Shown here: positions 24,810 through 32,403 of the stretch, piece after piece
Layout: each line of letters opens with the position of its first letter
How positions within the stretch are numbered: position 1 is the first letter of the stretch
NCBI GenBank assembly: GCA_964357385.1
Contig: CAYHKW010000002.1
Coordinates: 1 to 32,403, forward strand
Length of the DNA: 32,403 nucleotides
Reading direction: 5' to 3'
DNA from: an uncultured Gammaproteobacteria bacterium
GTDB taxonomy: Bacteria; Patescibacteriota; Patescibacteriia; JACQRZ01
The notes under the pieces: model-generated
What the model was told of the DNA's origin: nothing
Seen by the model: only the letters and a program-made list of their open reading frames with translations
Database searches by the model: none
Made by a program: the position numbers and the translations under genes

Positions 24810-25842
24810 ACCAATCCAAGGTACCCCCTACCTGATACTCGGTAACACGGGTCTCAAAAAAGTTCTTTTCCTTCGAAAGATCGATCGCTTCTGACATCCA
24901 AGGAAATGGATTGGCAACATTATATTGCGCCGGCAAGCCAACGCGGGATAATCGGCGATCAGCGATATGTTCGATATAGAGCCGGAACCCTTCTGCGTTC
25001 ATACCAAAAATACCGCGTGGAAATACGGTCTGTGCATATTCAACTTCGAGTTCGACCGCGCGGCGCACCAAATCAATAACATGTGCTTGGAATTCAGGTG
25101 TCCACAACTCTGGCTGTTCTTGCTTGATCGTATTAATGACTTCAATACCAAAATTCAAATGCTGCGATTCGTCACGCATAATGTACTGAATCTGCTCTGC
25201 GGCCCCAATCATCTTGTTCTGCCTCTGGAATCCAAACATCACCGCAAAGGAGCTGTAAAAGAAAATCCCTTCCATAATGAGTGAAAACACGACCACGTTT
25301 TCCAAGAATTTTTGATCGTTTTCAAATGTCCCTGTTTTGAAATCAGAATCAAAGATACCTTCATTGAATGACAAGATAAAATTATCCTTTTCGTAAATTG
25401 CTCCGACTTCTCGGTACATATTGAATATCTCCCCTTCATCCAACCCCAGGCTTTCGACAATGTATTGATAAGCATGGGTATGGATTGCTTCTTCGTATCC
25501 TTGTCTCAACAAATACATGCGGCACTCCGGCGACGTGACGTGCTTATATAAGGCAATGACAATGTTGTTTGCTGCAATAGAATCAGCGGTCGTAAAAAAA
25601 CCCAACACCGTCTTAAACGCCGTCCTCTCATCATCGCTCAACATGGTCGGCGATTTCCAATGCTCGATGTCTTTTTGCATGCTGATTTCCGTGGGCAACC
25701 AATGATTTGCATTGCCGGTATTGTAGGCCTCCCAGGCAAACATGTGCTTCATGGGATAGAGCTGCACAACATCGGCATCTTTACCGTTGATTATACGGCG
25801 CTTATTAATATCAACACGTTCTGAAGACATCGAAAGAGGCAT
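24808..25842 (-). CDS. nrdB: ribonucleotide reductase class Ia beta subunit
   Basis: 344 aa with metal ligands in FFTTADS, EEAIHTHAYQYI (Tyr at His+4, the radical-Tyr position), MEGIFFYSSF and RDESQHLNFG. Confidence 0.95.
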   Translation of the reverse strand: MPLSMSSERVDINKRRIINGKDADVVQLYPMKHMFAWEAYNTGNANHWLPTEISMQKDIEHWKSPTMLSDDERTAFKTVLGFFTTADSIAANNIVIALYKHVTSPECRMYLLRQGYEEAIHTHAYQYIVESLGLDEGEIFNMYREVGAIYEKDNFILSFNEGIFDSDFKTGTFENDQKFLENVVVFSLIMEGIFFYSSFAVMFGFQRQNKMIGAAEQIQYIMRDESQHLNFGIEVINTIKQEQPELWTPEFQAHVIDLVRRAVELEVEYAQTVFPRGIFGMNAEGFRLYIEHIADRRLSRVGLPAQYNVANPFPWMSEAIDLSKEKNFFETRVTEYQVGGTLDW

Positions 25843-25890
25843 AGCATGGGAAATATTATGATTGAGGGGGCTCTAAAAAACAAAGAACAC

Positions 25891-28749
25891 TTACCCTTGG
25901 CATGATTCGCAGGATGGGTCATCGATACTACACACTTTGAGTTCTTCAACTGACTTGGTTACCGAAGCAACCGGAGGCATTACGGGCGCTGCCATTGCCC
26001 CCAATGAAGCAACGCGCGGTTGCTGTTCTGGGGCGGACATTGCCACTTCAGGTGCGGTGCTTGATCGTTTGTGCGTTATACCAAATTCACTGGTATTCAC
26101 GGTTGATTTTTCTACCTGTGAAATAGCCAACGTGCGCAAATAATACGTTGTCTTCAATCCCATCTCCCATGCGTACATATAGAGATCACTCAAATCCTTA
26201 CCGGAAGTTCCGCGGAAATAGATGTTCAACGACTGACTCTGATCAATCCACTTGCCACGGCACGCAGCAGAACGCATCAACCAACGTGCATCAATTTCAA
26301 ATACTTCTTTATATTTTTCACGCATTGCTTCCGGAATTTCTGTGATACTGGCAATACTACCATCATTGTATTTTATTTTCCCTAACATTTCATAATCCCA
26401 CATGTTGATTTTTTTCAGATCATCTACCAGATAAGGATTAACAACAATGAAATCACCTGCCTGATTAGATTTCACATAGATGTTCTTATAAATCGGCTCA
26501 ATGGTAGGGATGCAGCCGACAATATTTGCGGTGGTTGCGGTTGGTGCCACTGCCAAACAGTTGGAATTGCGCATACCATATTTTCGAATTGACTCGCGTA
26601 CTGGCGTCCAATCCATTTTTCCTCCTCGAGGAACATCAATAGCCATACCTCGTTCTTGCTCAAGAAGATCCAGCGTATCCTGAGGCAGGATACCGCGATC
26701 CCATTTTGACCCTCGATATGATTGATAGGTTCCCTTCTCACGTGCCAATTCTGATGATGCAAGCAACGTGTAATATGAAACCACTTCCATACTTTCGTCG
26801 GCAAATTTTACACAACCTTCTGAGTCAAAATTAATGCCCAGCATATACAACGCATCCTGGAATCCGCGAATACCAAGACCGACCGGGCGATGACGCATGT
26901 TTGAACGCTTGGCATCTTCCGTCGGATAAAAGTTGATATCAATAACATTATCCAACATGCGCATTGCAATCGTTACGGTCTCGCGAATCAACTCAACATC
27001 AAGCTTGCCATTGGTTATAAATTTCGCAAAATTCAATGAACCAAGGTTACATACCGCGGTTTCATCTTCAGAAGTGTTGAGGGTAATTTCCGTGCAGAGG
27101 TTTGAATTATGCACCACCCCCACGTGATCCTGCGGCGAACGAACATTGCATGCATCTTTGAAGGTAATCCATGGATGTCCCGTCTCAAACAACATGGCCA
27201 GCATTTTTTTCCACAAATCTTTTGCCTTCAAACGCTTAAATAACTTGATTTTACCCTCATCAACCATTGCCTCATATTCTTCGTATCGTGTTTCAAATCG
27301 CTTACCGTAAATATGGTGGAGATCAGGGGTTTCGTCAGGAGAAAAAAGCGTCCAATCCTTGTCTTCACGAATACGCTTAAAAAACAAATCCGGAATCCAG
27401 TTTGCCGTGTCCATGTCGTGAGTGCGTCGGCGTTCGTCACCGGTATTTTTTCGCAATTCAAGAAAATCCTCAATATCATAGTGCCATGTTTCCAAATACA
27501 CACAGGCGGCACCACGACGGCGCCCGCTGCGATTGATGGCAACCGTTACATCATTTGCAATCTTCAAAAATGGGATAACGCCCTGGCTTTCAACGCCGGT
27601 TCCTTGGATATATGACCCTGTACCGCGGATATTGGTCCAGTCCGTACCAATACCGCCTGACCACTTTGAGAGCTGAGAATTGTCTGCATAGCTTTTAAAA
27701 ATGCTATCCAATGAATCCCCTACCGTATTCAAGTAACACGAGCTTAATTGAGGTTTTGGCGTACCGGCATGAAACAACGTCGGTGTGGAAGGGGTATACA
27801 ACAACTTGGACATGATTTCGTAAAAACGCATCGTATGACCGATACGGTCTTCTTTTTCATTGAGCGCCATCCCCATAGCAGTACGCATCCAAAATGCTTG
27901 AGGGGTTTCCAAAACGCGCTTTGCATCATAATCGGCGACAAAATATCGATCATGGAGCGTCTGAAGCCCCATATACAAAAATAAATCATCGCGCTCAATC
28001 ACCAACGCGGCGCTTAATGCGTCCAAATCAAACGCCAAAAGCCGCGGGTCGATACGGCCAATTTCAACACCTCGACGCATATTACTAATAAACGCCTGGC
28101 GATACTGGGTATCAAGGTTCTCGTAATCAAGCAGATCCGAACCAATAACCTCATTGTAATTTTGTCCCAACAAAAGACGGGCTGCTACTTTTGCATACGC
28201 AGGGTCATGCTCAATAAAACTGCGAACCGTCATTACCAGAGTGCGATAGATATCTTGCGTTGAAATACCGTCATACAACTCCGTCCGGCACTGTGCCGTG
28301 AGTGCATCGACATTGATTTCTTTCTCATATCCTTTTATGAAATGAGCAAGCGTCTTTTTGAGTTTTTCTAATGAAAAATTTTCTTTCTTGCCATCACGCT
28401 TAACTACATAGAGATCATTTTTCTCGATGCGCGAAAGGAGATCTTTTTGTTTTTCTTCACGAATCTTAGCGTGCTCGTAACGATAAATGATATATGCCTT
28501 TGCAACATCAAAAAAACCGCGCACCGCGAGTTCTTGCTCGACATAGTCCTGGAGATTTTCCACCGTGGGAATACGATCTTCAAATTCCTCATCAAGTCGG
28601 GTTACGAGCGCCTTGCGAATTTCAGACAACAATGAAAGATCTTCGGCATACCCTTGCTCTAAAAACGCACGATTAACAACATGCTCAATGCGTGAAGGGT
28701 CAAAATCAACAATCTCTCCGCGGCGCTTTTTTATGTGGGTGACTGGCAT
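25891..28749 (-). CDS. nrdA: ribonucleotide reductase class I alpha subunit with two N-terminal ATP-cone domains
   Basis: 952 aa. ATP-cone 1 is HIKKRRGEIVDFDPSRI; ATP-cone 2 is YVVKRDGKKENFSLEKL. Catalytic core: SSCYL, NLCTEI and PTATTA. C-terminal redox tail CSIDDPSCESCQG. Confidence 0.95.
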   Translation of the reverse strand: MPVTHIKKRRGEIVDFDPSRIEHVVNRAFLEQGYAEDLSLLSEIRKALVTRLDEEFEDRIPTVENLQDYVEQELAVRGFFDVAKAYIIYRYEHAKIREEKQKDLLSRIEKNDLYVVKRDGKKENFSLEKLKKTLAHFIKGYEKEINVDALTAQCRTELYDGISTQDIYRTLVMTVRSFIEHDPAYAKVAARLLLGQNYNEVIGSDLLDYENLDTQYRQAFISNMRRGVEIGRIDPRLLAFDLDALSAALVIERDDLFLYMGLQTLHDRYFVADYDAKRVLETPQAFWMRTAMGMALNEKEDRIGHTMRFYEIMSKLLYTPSTPTLFHAGTPKPQLSSCYLNTVGDSLDSIFKSYADNSQLSKWSGGIGTDWTNIRGTGSYIQGTGVESQGVIPFLKIANDVTVAINRSGRRRGAACVYLETWHYDIEDFLELRKNTGDERRRTHDMDTANWIPDLFFKRIREDKDWTLFSPDETPDLHHIYGKRFETRYEEYEAMVDEGKIKLFKRLKAKDLWKKMLAMLFETGHPWITFKDACNVRSPQDHVGVVHNSNLCTEITLNTSEDETAVCNLGSLNFAKFITNGKLDVELIRETVTIAMRMLDNVIDINFYPTEDAKRSNMRHRPVGLGIRGFQDALYMLGINFDSEGCVKFADESMEVVSYYTLLASSELAREKGTYQSYRGSKWDRGILPQDTLDLLEQERGMAIDVPRGGKMDWTPVRESIRKYGMRNSNCLAVAPTATTANIVGCIPTIEPIYKNIYVKSNQAGDFIVVNPYLVDDLKKINMWDYEMLGKIKYNDGSIASITEIPEAMREKYKEVFEIDARWLMRSAACRGKWIDQSQSLNIYFRGTSGKDLSDLYMYAWEMGLKTTYYLRTLAISQVEKSTVNTSEFGITHKRSSTAPEVAMSAPEQQPRVASLGAMAAPVMPPVASVTKSVEELKVCSIDDPSCESCQG

Positions 28750-28776
28750 AGGGTTCAGTAAAATTTAAGGTGGACA

Positions 28777-28798
28777 GTACCCAAAGGGTACCCAAAGG
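28777..28798. repeat. perfect tandem direct repeat 2 x 11 bp (GTACCCAAAGG) in the nrdA leader
   Basis: GTACCCAAAGG at 28777-28787 repeats exactly at 28788-28798. The junction creates the 8-bp palindrome GGGTACCC. Confidence 0.9.
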
Positions 28799-28824
28799 GC
28801 ATCGGTGACATCTGCGATACGTAT

Positions 28825-28853
28825 ACTGTACGGATGGTTTTTATCTCTGTCAA
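28825..28853 (-). promoter_or_regulatory. promoter of nrdA-nrdB
   Basis: Minus strand reads TTGACA (28853-28848), 17-nt spacer, TACAGT (28830-28825). The predicted leader is about 70 nt. Confidence 0.5.
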
Positions 28854-28865
28854 ACGTGTGTCCTT

Positions 28866-29825
28866 CTAGTGTACATTCTTGCCTGCATGGCGCGTACATG
28901 CCTCTCCATGACGCTTAAAATATTCATAGGCACCGGTCGCTGCGACAGAACCCGTGGCGGCTGCAGTGATGGATTGTTTGAAGTGTCCGAACATGTCAGC
29001 GATATCCCCCGCGGCATACACGCCAGGCGTAGTCGTTTCCATCATTTCGCCGACTTTCACATATCCATGCACGTTGAGTTCGCATCCTAATTGTTTTGCT
29101 AACGTATTGTTAGGATCAGCACCGATTTCAATAAAAAGACCGCTCACCAAAAGCTCATCACTACCATTGTGAGGCTTTGAAAGTTTAATTTTTTCAAGCG
29201 TCTTATCCCCAATGATCTCCGTTACATTCGTGCCAAACAGCACCTCGACCTTATCGCCAAGCTTTTTCATCTGATCTTGATTGATTGGTTCTGCTTTAAT
29301 ACGATCTCCGCGAATGATGAAATAAATCTTGGTCGCATATTGGCCCGCCAGATTGATCCCTTTGACTGATGCATCTCCTCCCCCCGCTACTGCAATGACC
29401 TTATCTTTATACAGTGGTCCATCACAGGTAATGCAATAATGCACCCCTTTTTGAGACAGATTGTCTTCATTAGGAAGCCCTAATTTTCGTCGTTTCGTCC
29501 CTTGACCTAGAAGTAGTGTATGGCCAGTAAACACATCGCCCTTATCAAGAGTTACTTCAAAACAACCATCATCCAGCTTTTTTGCTGACATCACGTTGCC
29601 GTCTTTGAACTCTACTCCCACTTTAGCAGCCTGTCCTTTCATGTGCATCATGAGATCAAACCCATCAATTTCGGGTGCGCCGGGATAGTTTTCAATAATG
29701 CCGGCAATAGAGTTGTATCCGCCAAATTCTGCACCAATGACCAATACCTTCATTCGATAGCGCCCCGCATACAGCGCTCCGGCCAGACCAGCTGCGCCAT
29801 TTCCTATAATAATAAGGTCGTACAT
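28866..29825 (-). CDS. trxB: thioredoxin-disulfide reductase
   Basis: 319 aa from the ATG at 29825 (MYDLIIIGNGAAGLAGALYA), with redox CITCDG, second Rossmann motif VAGGGDAS, and AAGDIAD. The track's extra 37 codons overlap the glutaredoxin gene. Confidence 0.93.
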   Translation of the reverse strand: MYDLIIIGNGAAGLAGALYAGRYRMKVLVIGAEFGGYNSIAGIIENYPGAPEIDGFDLMMHMKGQAAKVGVEFKDGNVMSAKKLDDGCFEVTLDKGDVFTGHTLLLGQGTKRRKLGLPNEDNLSQKGVHYCITCDGPLYKDKVIAVAGGGDASVKGINLAGQYATKIYFIIRGDRIKAEPINQDQMKKLGDKVEVLFGTNVTEIIGDKTLEKIKLSKPHNGSDELLVSGLFIEIGADPNNTLAKQLGCELNVHGYVKVGEMMETTTPGVYAAGDIADMFGHFKQSITAAATGSVAATGAYEYFKRHGEACTRHAGKNVH

Positions 29826-29832
29826 ACCGTTA

Positions 29833-30087
29833 TTATTTAACCCCCAAAAGCTCAGACAGACGTTCTTGATCAAATCCGATAATAATCTCACCGTCAATAT
29901 CAATGACTGGCACCCCCATTTGATTGGTTTTAGCAATCATTTCTTCTTGAGCTTTTAAGTCTTCACTGACATCATGCTCAACATATTCAACACCGTTCTC
30001 TTTGAAAAACGCCTTTGCGAGCTTGCAGTATCCACAAGTAGGAGTGGAATAAATGGTGACTGAGTGACCTGATGAGGTATTTTCCAT
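29833..30087 (-). CDS. glutaredoxin-like protein (NrdH/Grx family)
   Basis: 84 aa from the ATG at 30087, with VTIYSTPTCGYCKLAKAFF (CxxC) and GVPVIDIDGEIIIGFD. Lies immediately upstream of trxB and the nrd genes. Confidence 0.85.
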   Translation of the reverse strand: MENTSSGHSVTIYSTPTCGYCKLAKAFFKENGVEYVEHDVSEDLKAQEEMIAKTNQMGVPVIDIDGEIIIGFDQERLSELLGVK

Positions 30088-30124
30088 AGAAAATAAGTTA
30101 TGAATCAGAAGTATTCGTACCAGC

Positions 30125-30153
30125 AGTATACCGATCAAAAAATTGAAAAGCAA
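30125..30153 (-). promoter_or_regulatory. candidate promoter of grx-trxB
   Basis: Minus strand reads TTGCTT (30153-30148), 17-nt spacer, TATACT (30130-30125). Confidence 0.4.
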
Positions 30154-30205
30154 CTCACACGACATCAGCGTATAATCGCTCGTATGTGTCGGATTGCCCT
30201 TGCTC

Positions 30206-30234
30206 TTGTTTTTTGTTTTGTTTTAAGGTATAAT
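30206..30234 (+). promoter_or_regulatory. candidate promoter of the VanW-domain gene
   Basis: TTGTTT (30206-30211), 17-nt spacer, consensus TATAAT (30229-30234). Confidence 0.45.
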
Positions 30235-30267
30235 CGGGTACAATTATTACATCTTTATCCTATATCT

Positions 30268-32169
30268 GTGAAACAACATATCCAAACATTCACCACATCC
30301 CTCACTCCACGCATTCTGGGTATCTGTGGAGCAATCGTCGCCGGTCTCTTAATTATCAGCGGAGGTGCCTATGCTGCCTTTTTTACCCCTACTATTCGAC
30401 CTCATGTCTTGATTGCATCGATTCCGGTAGGCGGGTTGAATTATGAACAAGCGCTGGTGGAAGTAGCACGCCAAACAGACCCCCTGCTCCGCAACGATAT
30501 CGGACTCGTCATTGAAGGAACCGCCTATTATATATCTCCCGCCGCCATCGGACTTTCCTATGATACCCGCGCTGCTGTTGATGCCGCATGGTCAATAGGA
30601 CGCGAAGGTACCCCTCTTTCACAGGTACAAATACGTGCAGCAACGCTTTTGACGGATACTTCCGTTGCACTACCCATAACATTTGACTCTGTTGCACTTC
30701 ACGCTACTATTGACGCCATCGCTGATCAGGTTGAAATAACCCCTAAGGATGTTCGATTAGTTTTTTCTGGCAAGAATGTTACCATAGCGACCGATACCGC
30801 CCCAGGCCGCATTATTGACCATCAGGCAGTAAAACAAACCATAGAACAAGCTCTTGCAATGCAACAACGCGGACCGTTTACCATAGCCCTTACCGAGGTG
30901 ATTCCGTCAGGAAATGAGGCAAGTGCAATTATCGCCAAAGAACAGGCAGAACGAGTCCTCAAATCCCCCCTTGTCCTTACCCATGATCGCGACAATTTTA
31001 CCATCAATCCCGAGATGCTTGCCACGTGGCTCAAAAGCACGGTTGAAAATGGCGAAGTCATTGTTATTGCAAACATCGATGCCATCTCAGCCTACCTTGA
31101 ACAACTAGATACACAACTCAACGTTCCCCCCGTAGAACCGACCTTGATTGTTGAAAATGGCCGCGTGAAGTCATTTACTGCCCCTGTTGCTGGCAAAGCC
31201 CTTGATCGCGAACAGTCACTGGAAGCAATCGTCAAAAAAATCGAACAGCGCCGACAAGAAAACAGTACCCCTGGTCCTGTGAATTTGATTGCGAAAGTTA
31301 CCAAACCTGAAATGACCGATCCAACCGCAAAAGAATATGGCATCCAGGAACTTATCGGCATTGCCACCACTGATTTTTCAGGAAGTCCAACGAATCGCAT
31401 TTGGAATATTAAAACCGGCGCACGTTATTTGAACTACTCGATCGTTGCGCCCGGTGCAGAGTTCTCAACGACAGGCACCCTAGGCAACATCGATGCAAAA
31501 ACAGGATACAAGCCCGAATTGGTTATAAAAGGACGGCGCACGATACCAGAATATGGCGGCGGACTTTGTCAGGTATCTACTACCCTTTTCCGCGCGGCAT
31601 TGGATACCGGCGTTCCAGTTACGGCACGTTCAAACCATGCCTATCGCGTGCCCTATTATGAAAAGGACGGGAATGGGCGCTTTATCGGCCCTGGTCTTGA
31701 TGCGACGATTTACTCGCCAAATCCTGACTTTCGTTTCAGAAACGACACCCCTGCTTCTATCCTTATCACGAGCAGTGTGGTAGGTAAAAAAATCACCTTT
31801 GCCCTGTATGGTACCAGCGATGGGCGGGTATCGAAAATAGACGGTCCCTACACTATCGGTACCACCCCTTCCGGCGCACCGGTATATATTGAAACCGATA
31901 CCTTGCCTGCTGGTGAAAAAAAACAGGTTGAAAAAGCTCATGCCGGCGGTTCGGCGGTTGCCAACTATACCGTAACATTTCCCGATGGTACGGTTCGTAA
32001 AGAAGCATTCAAAAGCGTATACAAAAACTGGCCTGCAACCTATCTGGTCGGTAAAGTCGTTACGGCGACTGTCCCTGATGCTGCTGCGCCCTCTACTGAT
32101 CCTTCCACCCCACCACTTGAAGTAGTTCCTCCTTTTGGGGACCCTGCCTTAGTAGCGCCTATTAACTAA
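30268..32169 (+). CDS. VanW-domain cell-envelope protein with N-terminal membrane anchor
   Basis: VanW core YGGGLCQVSTTLFRAALDTGVPVTARSNHAYRVPYY, preceded by repeated YoaR-type domains and a TM helix (ILGICGAIVAGLLIISGGAYAAFF). I prefer the in-frame GTG at 30268. The track start at 30100 lies inside the divergent grx promoter region, upstream of this gene's own -10. Confidence 0.85.
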   Translation: MKQHIQTFTTSLTPRILGICGAIVAGLLIISGGAYAAFFTPTIRPHVLIASIPVGGLNYEQALVEVARQTDPLLRNDIGLVIEGTAYYISPAAIGLSYDTRAAVDAAWSIGREGTPLSQVQIRAATLLTDTSVALPITFDSVALHATIDAIADQVEITPKDVRLVFSGKNVTIATDTAPGRIIDHQAVKQTIEQALAMQQRGPFTIALTEVIPSGNEASAIIAKEQAERVLKSPLVLTHDRDNFTINPEMLATWLKSTVENGEVIVIANIDAISAYLEQLDTQLNVPPVEPTLIVENGRVKSFTAPVAGKALDREQSLEAIVKKIEQRRQENSTPGPVNLIAKVTKPEMTDPTAKEYGIQELIGIATTDFSGSPTNRIWNIKTGARYLNYSIVAPGAEFSTTGTLGNIDAKTGYKPELVIKGRRTIPEYGGGLCQVSTTLFRAALDTGVPVTARSNHAYRVPYYEKDGNGRFIGPGLDATIYSPNPDFRFRNDTPASILITSSVVGKKITFALYGTSDGRVSKIDGPYTIGTTPSGAPVYIETDTLPAGEKKQVEKAHAGGSAVANYTVTFPDGTVRKEAFKSVYKNWPATYLVGKVVTATVPDAAAPSTDPSTPPLEVVPPFGDPALVAPIN

Positions 32170-32237
32170 GCACAAAAAAATAATGAGATAGAGTATTGGC
32201 TGGTCAACCGCATATACAAGCACTTGAGAGCAGATAC

Positions 32238-32266
32238 TTGCGTAACACAGTTAACTAGGCTAGAAT
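32238..32266 (+). promoter_or_regulatory. candidate promoter
   Basis: TTGCGT (32238-32243), 17-nt spacer, TAGAAT (32261-32266). Confidence 0.4.
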
Positions 32267-32304
32267 AAACGAACATAATTTTGGTCTTTAAAAAGGAGCC
32301 TGCA

Positions 32305-32400
32305 ATGCTAGGAAAAGAGATACCACTTCCCTCAAAACCCATCCTGAAAACAGAAATTACTGATGAATCGATACGTGTCGTGTTGAGATTGCAACCGTAG
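32305..32400 (+). CDS. tentative 31-codon ORF (MLGKEIPLPSKPILKTEITDESIRVVLRLQP)
   Basis: ATG 6 nt after AAAGGAG, about 40 nt downstream of a promoter-like element. TAG stop at 32398-32400, 3 nt before the window ends. No recognisable family. Confidence 0.25.
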   Translation: MLGKEIPLPSKPILKTEITDESIRVVLRLQP

Positions 32401-32403
32401 ATC

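Noticed and set aside
28811-28840. NrdR boxes in the nrdA promoter region (CGTATACTGTACG looked partly palindromic)
   Set aside because: It is an imperfect palindrome with several mismatches. There is no second box at the expected spacing of about 31-32 bp. It overlaps the -10 hexamer.
29826-30165. N-terminal extensions of trxB (to 29936) and glutaredoxin (to 30165). The same applies to sufU (to 1649) and rmuC (to 19304).
   Set aside because: The extensions overlap upstream genes or promoters and precede the conserved N-terminal motifs: the GxGxxG of TrxB, the beta1-CxxC of Grx, and the TM helix of RmuC. Internal ATGs fit the gene spacing.
30100-30267. Track start (ATG at 30100) for the VanW gene
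   Set aside because: This stretch contains the divergent grx promoter, and the VanW gene's own TTGTTT-N17-TATAAT promoter at 30206-30234. The in-frame GTG at 30268 gives a normal N-terminus with a short cytoplasmic tail followed by a TM helix.
32305-32400. Small ORF as the N-terminus of RNA polymerase alpha (IPLPSKP... resembled some RpoA starts)
   Set aside because: The resemblance is a few residues from memory. The ORF ends at an in-frame TAG, and the genomic context (own promoter, no ribosomal protein genes) does not fit rpoA.
1-32403. Alternative genetic code (UGA or UAG reassignment), considered because the first 870 nt showed no long ORF in the track
   Set aside because: The gap is explained by dnaG running off the edge. 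TGA ends the ATPase, TAG ends thyA, and TAA ends most other genes, all at positions matching full-length homologues.
1-32403. CRISPR array, transposon/IS, prophage or integrative element
   Set aside because: I saw no spaced direct-repeat array. There is no transposase, integrase, recombinase or reverse-transcriptase ORF, and no terminal inverted repeats. Only the 2 x 11-bp repeat at 28777-28798 was found.

Overview
This is a compact, almost fully coding bacterial chromosome segment, roughly 40-45% G+C by eye (not computed). It uses the standard genetic code: TAA, TAG and TGA each terminate a recognisable gene. It looks like a small-genome, possibly uncultivated lineage, but the taxon cannot be determined from this sequence alone.

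I call 38 protein genes plus one tentative 31-codon ORF, one canonical tRNA-Ser(GGA) and one aberrant tRNA-like gene. I also call 13 sigma70-type promoters, 3 intrinsic terminators and one tandem repeat.

Gene order, left to right:
- dnaG (partial; missing from the ORF track because it runs off the left edge).
- Minus-strand suf operon: Rrf2 regulator, sufC, sufB, short sufD, sufS, sufU, sufT.
- AlkD-like DNA glycosylase.
- Plus-strand folA, divergent thyA and a HIT protein with an HxHxQ motif.
- A six-gene minus-strand unit: ABC-2 exporter ATPase and permease, PIF1-like helicase, ASCH protein, cytidylyltransferase-fold protein, and dCMP deaminase with an unknown N-terminal domain.
- An eight-gene minus-strand unit headed by hicB-hicA, then DUF1653, MazG-like, ComB-like, NUDIX, GrpB and a stand-alone glutamine amidotransferase.
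- An AT-rich orphan gene next to tRNA-Ser.
- rmuC.
- P-type ATPase plus DedA.
- A monocistronic 285-aa orphan, transcribed divergently from the aberrant tRNA-like gene.
- NUDIX and a GNAT-like protein.
- nrdB-nrdA, preceded by trxB and a glutaredoxin.
- A VanW-domain protein.

I found no transposase, integrase, CRISPR array, rRNA or reverse transcriptase.

Nothing here is a clear-cut novel system. The candidates most worth follow-up are:
1. The promoter- and terminator-equipped tRNA-like gene, with an apparent 8-nt anticodon loop and a mismatched 3' half.
2. The TA-headed operon of nucleotide (pyro)phosphatase and NTase-fold enzymes.
3. The deaminase fusion, nucleotidyltransferase, ASCH and PIF1 block.
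4. The thyA/HIT pair with altered active-site motifs.

All functional calls come from motif recognition by eye. No database search was possible.
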